From the NCBI GenBank assembly GCA_964486415.1, contig CAZANJ010000002.1, forward strand, positions 1-27,682: 27,682 bases of DNA, given 5' to 3'. Under the pieces are notes generated by a model, which worked only from the letters and a program-made list of their open reading frames with translations, made no database searches and had not been told where the DNA came from. The DNA is from an uncultured Anaerolineales bacterium (GTDB lineage Bacteria > Chloroflexota > Anaerolineae > B4-G1). The first letter of the stretch is position 1. Each line of letters opens with the position of its first letter. The translations under genes were made by a program, and so were the position numbers. Shown here piece by piece: positions 24,462 to 27,682 of this stretch.

Positions 24462-25025
24462 CTAGCTTTCCATGATCTCCCGTTGCTTGCGGTCACTGAT
24501 TTTATCCATCTCTTCAGTGTGGCGATCTGTTATATCCTGGAGGCGGTCTTTGCTACGATAGAAGGCATCTTCGGAGATCAACTTCTCGTTTTCTAGCTCG
24601 CGTAGATCATCCAGCGCGTCACGTCGAATATTCCTGAGGCTTACCTTTCCTTCCTCTACGCGTTTACGAACCCTCTTTGTGAGGTCCACCCTCCTTTCCT
24701 CTGTCAATCTTGGGATGGGAAGGCGGATGATGCGACCATCGTTGGAAGGTGTTAGGCCGACGTCAGACTTGAGTATTGCGCGCTCGATGTCCTCCAGCGA
24801 TTGAGGGTCGTAGGGGCGGACTGTGAGCAGGCTCGGCTCTGGTGCAGATATGACGGCCAGTTGGTTGAGTGGCGTCGGTGTGCCGTAGTAATCTACCATC
24901 ACCTGTTCTACTAGAGCCGGAGTGGCCCGTCCAGTGCGAACGGTGCGGAGATCAGACATCAGTATCTCGACCGTTTTGCGCATACGATTCTCTGTCTCTT
25001 TTAGTAATTCTTTATCCATAGTCAT
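24462..25025 (-). CDS. frr: ribosome recycling factor
   Basis: RTGRA, VDYYG.PTPL.QLA, PSNDG..IRL.IP.LTEERR. Confidence 0.97.
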   Translation of the reverse strand: MTMDKELLKETENRMRKTVEILMSDLRTVRTGRATPALVEQVMVDYYGTPTPLNQLAVISAPEPSLLTVRPYDPQSLEDIERAILKSDVGLTPSNDGRIIRLPIPRLTEERRVDLTKRVRKRVEEGKVSLRNIRRDALDDLRELENEKLISEDAFYRSKDRLQDITDRHTEEMDKISDRKQREIMES

Positions 25026-25030
25026 AGCCG

Positions 25031-25747
25031 TTATCTAGAGATCAATGTGCCAATCGGTTCTCCCAGAACTGCTTGCTCCAAGCTATGTGGCTGCCACATA
25101 TTGAGCACGATGATGGGGAGATCATTTTCCATGCAAAGGGATATTGCCGTAGCATCCATCACGCCCACGCGCATTTCGAGCGCTTTCATATAGGCGAGAT
25201 GTCCAAACCGTTCGGCGTCTGGATTTTCATGGGGGTCTTCAGAGTAAACACCATCTACCTTTGTAGCTTTGATCAGCAAATCAGCGTCAATTTCCATCGC
25301 CCTGAGCGCGGCAGCTGTGTCGGTGGTAAAGTAGGGATTGCCTGTGCCCCCGCCGATGATTACTATGCGTCCTTTTTCCAGATGACGGATCGCTCGCAGC
25401 CTGATGTAAGGCTCGGCGATAGCCCTCATTTCAATGGCAGTCTGCACACGAATGGTGCTCCCTAGTCGTTCCAAAGCATCGGCAAGAGCTAGGGCATTCA
25501 TCACCGTCGCCAGCATCCCCATATGATCCGCTGTGGCCCGATCCATACCGTGTGCAAGCCCATCACGTCCACGCCAAATATTGCCTGCACCAAGGACGAT
25601 AGCGATTTCAGCTTCTAGGTTGTGTACATTCTGGATTTTGGCGGCTACTTCCTCTGCCATGTGAGGGCTGATGCCGAAGCCGTTAGGCTCTGCTAGCGAT
25701 TCACCGCCTATCTTGAGTAGGACCCGTCTATATTTTGCAGTGCTCAT
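25031..25747 (-). CDS. pyrH: uridylate kinase (start set at ATG 25747)
   Basis: [46 protein letters not shown]. Confidence 0.97.
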   Translation of the reverse strand: MSTAKYRRVLLKIGGESLAEPNGFGISPHMAEEVAAKIQNVHNLEAEIAIVLGAGNIWRGRDGLAHGMDRATADHMGMLATVMNALALADALERLGSTIRVQTAIEMRAIAEPYIRLRAIRHLEKGRIVIIGGGTGNPYFTTDTAAALRAMEIDADLLIKATKVDGVYSEDPHENPDAERFGHLAYMKALEMRVGVMDATAISLCMENDLPIIVLNMWQPHSLEQAVLGEPIGTLISR

Positions 25748-25824
25748 AATCTTTTTCTGCCTCAGAAACAGCACGTAAAGTCGGTTTGCTTATTCGACCT
25801 ATGTGTCAATTGGGATATTTGAGG

Positions 25825-26427
25825 TTATTGTGTGTCCTCTCCCACTTCGTAACGTGCGAAACGGTTTAGGACAATGTTCTCGCCAAGCTTTAGGACAGCG
25901 TCATTGATCAAATCCTGGACGGTGATGTCATTGTCCTTGACGAATGGCTGTTCCATTAGACAGATCTGTTCGTAGAACTTATCTGTGCGGCCCTCGACTA
26001 TACGCTCCACAATATGCTCTGGCTTGCCTTCTTCCAGCGCTTGCTTGTGATAGATAGCTTGTTCAGCTTCGAGAACTTCTTCGGGTACATCCTCACGAGT
26101 GAGATATCTTGGGGCAGCGAATGCGATATGGAGCGCTAGCTCGTGCGCTAGGTCTTTGAATTCATCGGTACGGGCGACGAAATCGGTCTCGCAGTTCAGC
26201 TCTAGCATCACACCGATGCGATCACCATGGTGTACGTAGGCTTCAACGCACCCTTCAGAGGCTGTGCGGCTGCTTTTCTTGGCCGCTTCTGCTAACCCCT
26301 TTTCGCGTAGGTTAGTGACGGCTTTTTCATAATCTCCATCGACTGCCTCCAGTGCCTTGCGACAGTCCAGCACGCCAGCGCCGGTCGCTTCTCGTAATTC
26401 CTTGATCATGGATACAGTAACTTCCAA
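25825..26427 (-). CDS. tsf: elongation factor Ts, short type (TTG start after SD AGGAG)
   Basis: [32 protein letters not shown]...RFARYE. Confidence 0.97.
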   Translation of the reverse strand: MEVTVSMIKELREATGAGVLDCRKALEAVDGDYEKAVTNLREKGLAEAAKKSSRTASEGCVEAYVHHGDRIGVMLELNCETDFVARTDEFKDLAHELALHIAFAAPRYLTREDVPEEVLEAEQAIYHKQALEEGKPEHIVERIVEGRTDKFYEQICLMEQPFVKDNDITVQDLINDAVLKLGENIVLNRFARYEVGEDTQ

Positions 26428-26639
26428 GGTTCGTTCTCCTTTTTGTCCGATGTAAACTTGTGGTGGCACTCTCGTAAAAAGCGGGTCTTCAGTTTCAGTA
26501 TCTTAAGACCACACTCTGATGACTAAGCTCATTGTGCAAAAATTTTACTAAGTCCTATAACCTGGCAGAGCCATAACTCAAAAAGAACTCCTATTCACCA
26601 GGTTCTTGCTTAATTTACAAGGATTTCGTTGGTTGGGCC

Positions 26640-27470
26640 CTAACCTGCCTCTTCGTTTTCCTCAGCTTCTTCTTTTCCCTCAAAGGATAGCTCCTTGAGG
26701 CGGGCCAAGGTAGCAGCGCTAAGGTATTTTTCATCTTCGACGCTCAACTCTTCGATCTCCGGCATAATTTCTTCTTCATATGCCTTTTGCTGTGCGAGTC
26801 CCTCTAGCGCGGCGTCGGCTATAGTGGCTGTGATCAGCCGAATGGCGCGGATGGCATCATCGTTGGAAGGTATCACATAGTCTATCATATTGGGATTGCA
26901 GTTTGTGTCTACCATCGCGATGATGGGGATACCTAATTTGTCGGCTTCTGCCACTGCTGTCGCTTCGCGCTGAATATCCACGACAAAGAGCAAGTCTGGG
27001 AGTTCACGCATCTCCTTTATGCCTCCCAATCTTGTATTCAACTTCTCGATTTCTCGCCCTTTTTCCAGTGCCTCTTTTTTCGTCAAGAGATCGAAGTCGC
27101 CTCGATCGCGTCGCGCTTCTAGCGTGTGCAAGTAGTCGATGCGCTGTCGAATAGTGCGCCAGTTAGTTAATGTGCCACCTAGCCAGCGCAAGTTGACGTA
27201 GGGCATTCTACAGCGCTCTGCCTCGTGGGCGATTGTCGCTTGGGCTTGGCGCTTGGTGCCTACGAAGAGTATTGTCCCGCCAGCAGCAACCGTATCTTGG
27301 ACTAATTCGTAAGTTTCTTCAAGGGCAGCGATGGTCTTTTGTAGATTGATGATGTGCACCCCTTTTCGCTCAGTGAAGATGTAAGGGGCCATCTTGGGAT
27401 GCCATCGCCGGGTGCGGTGACCGAAGTGCACTCCTGTTTCCAGGAGCGCTTTCATAGAAACAACAGCCAT
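26640..27470 (-). CDS. rpsB: 30S ribosomal protein S2 (start set at ATG 27470 after SD AAGGAGG)
   Basis: [51 protein letters not shown]. Confidence 0.98.
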   Translation of the reverse strand: MAVVSMKALLETGVHFGHRTRRWHPKMAPYIFTERKGVHIINLQKTIAALEETYELVQDTVAAGGTILFVGTKRQAQATIAHEAERCRMPYVNLRWLGGTLTNWRTIRQRIDYLHTLEARRDRGDFDLLTKKEALEKGREIEKLNTRLGGIKEMRELPDLLFVVDIQREATAVAEADKLGIPIIAMVDTNCNPNMIDYVIPSNDDAIRAIRLITATIADAALEGLAQQKAYEEEIMPEIEELSVEDEKYLSAATLARLKELSFEGKEEAEENEEAG

Positions 27471-27500
27471 TGGGGAACCTCCTTTACCGTTTTTTTCCTC

Positions 27501-27575
27501 CGCCTCCATCTCTCCGCCAAGGGACCAGGTTGGCTGTTCCTGGCACGGCCTCGTCGGTCAGGTGGCGTGTGTTTT
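27501..27575 (-). promoter_or_regulatory. rpsB 5' leader (T44/S2-responsive-like RNA)
   Basis: On the minus strand, ACACACGCC...CCAGG/CCUGG stem...UGGCGGAGAGAUGGAGGC, resembling the conserved ACACAC and GGAGGC ends of rpsB leaders. Confidence 0.55.
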
Positions 27576-27589
27576 ACCAAAGCTGATGA

Positions 27590-27617
27590 ATTGTACCATA
27601 AAGTGAGATTTGAGCAA
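27590..27617 (-). promoter_or_regulatory. rpsB promoter
   Basis: On the minus strand, TTGCTC-16 nt-TACAAT with an extended -10 TG. Confidence 0.6.
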
Positions 27618-27633
27618 ATAGTGATGTGAGAAG

Positions 27634-27682
27634 GGAAATCGTAGCGGTTCTAAGGCCCTCCAGAGGCCACCAGAGGCTTTCT
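27634..27682 (-). repeat. 49-bp dispersed repeat, copy 2 (inverted; runs off the window end)
   Basis: Reverse complement matches 62..110 with one mismatch. Confidence 0.9.

Noticed and set aside
19441-27470. Visibly lower GC in the right-hand block, suggesting horizontal acquisition
   Set aside because: Not quantified, and the genes are conserved core genes in canonical order, so codon bias is a simpler explanation.
62-27682. Whole window as a composite transposon or prophage bounded by inverted repeats
   Set aside because: There is no transposase, integrase or phage gene, and the content is essential housekeeping genes.

Overview
This window looks like chromosomal DNA from a Chloroflexota bacterium, probably Anaerolineae. 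That placement is an inference from the short EF-Ts, the atpF/atpE sequence style and a Pro/Thr-linker membrane protein. Housekeeping blocks flank it: dnaG-rpoD on the left, and rpsB-tsf-pyrH-frr-uppS-cdsA-CBS-fbp-rho on the minus strand at the right. The unusual part is 4.8-16.1 kb. A promoter-led complex I operon encodes only the membrane subunits (nuoA-H-J-K-L-M-N, with no B, C, D, I, E, F or G). It is followed 50-60 bp later by an Fo-only ATP synthase cluster (tandem AtpZ-like protein, a, c, b, atypical delta) with no F1 genes, plus a stranded second delta C-terminal fragment. NuoL's lateral amphipathic helix has four exact 26-aa repeats, three more than canonical, which could span about three extra antiporter subunits, yet only one nuoM and one nuoN are encoded. 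NuoH has lost the conserved Glu of its ERK motif. Also present are a decayed PemK/MazF toxin beside an intact antitoxin, a stand-alone murE with an EDPR motif, short intergenic tandem repeats, a REP-like hairpin, and a 49-bp element repeated in inverted orientation at both window ends just upstream of the dnaG and rpsB promoters.
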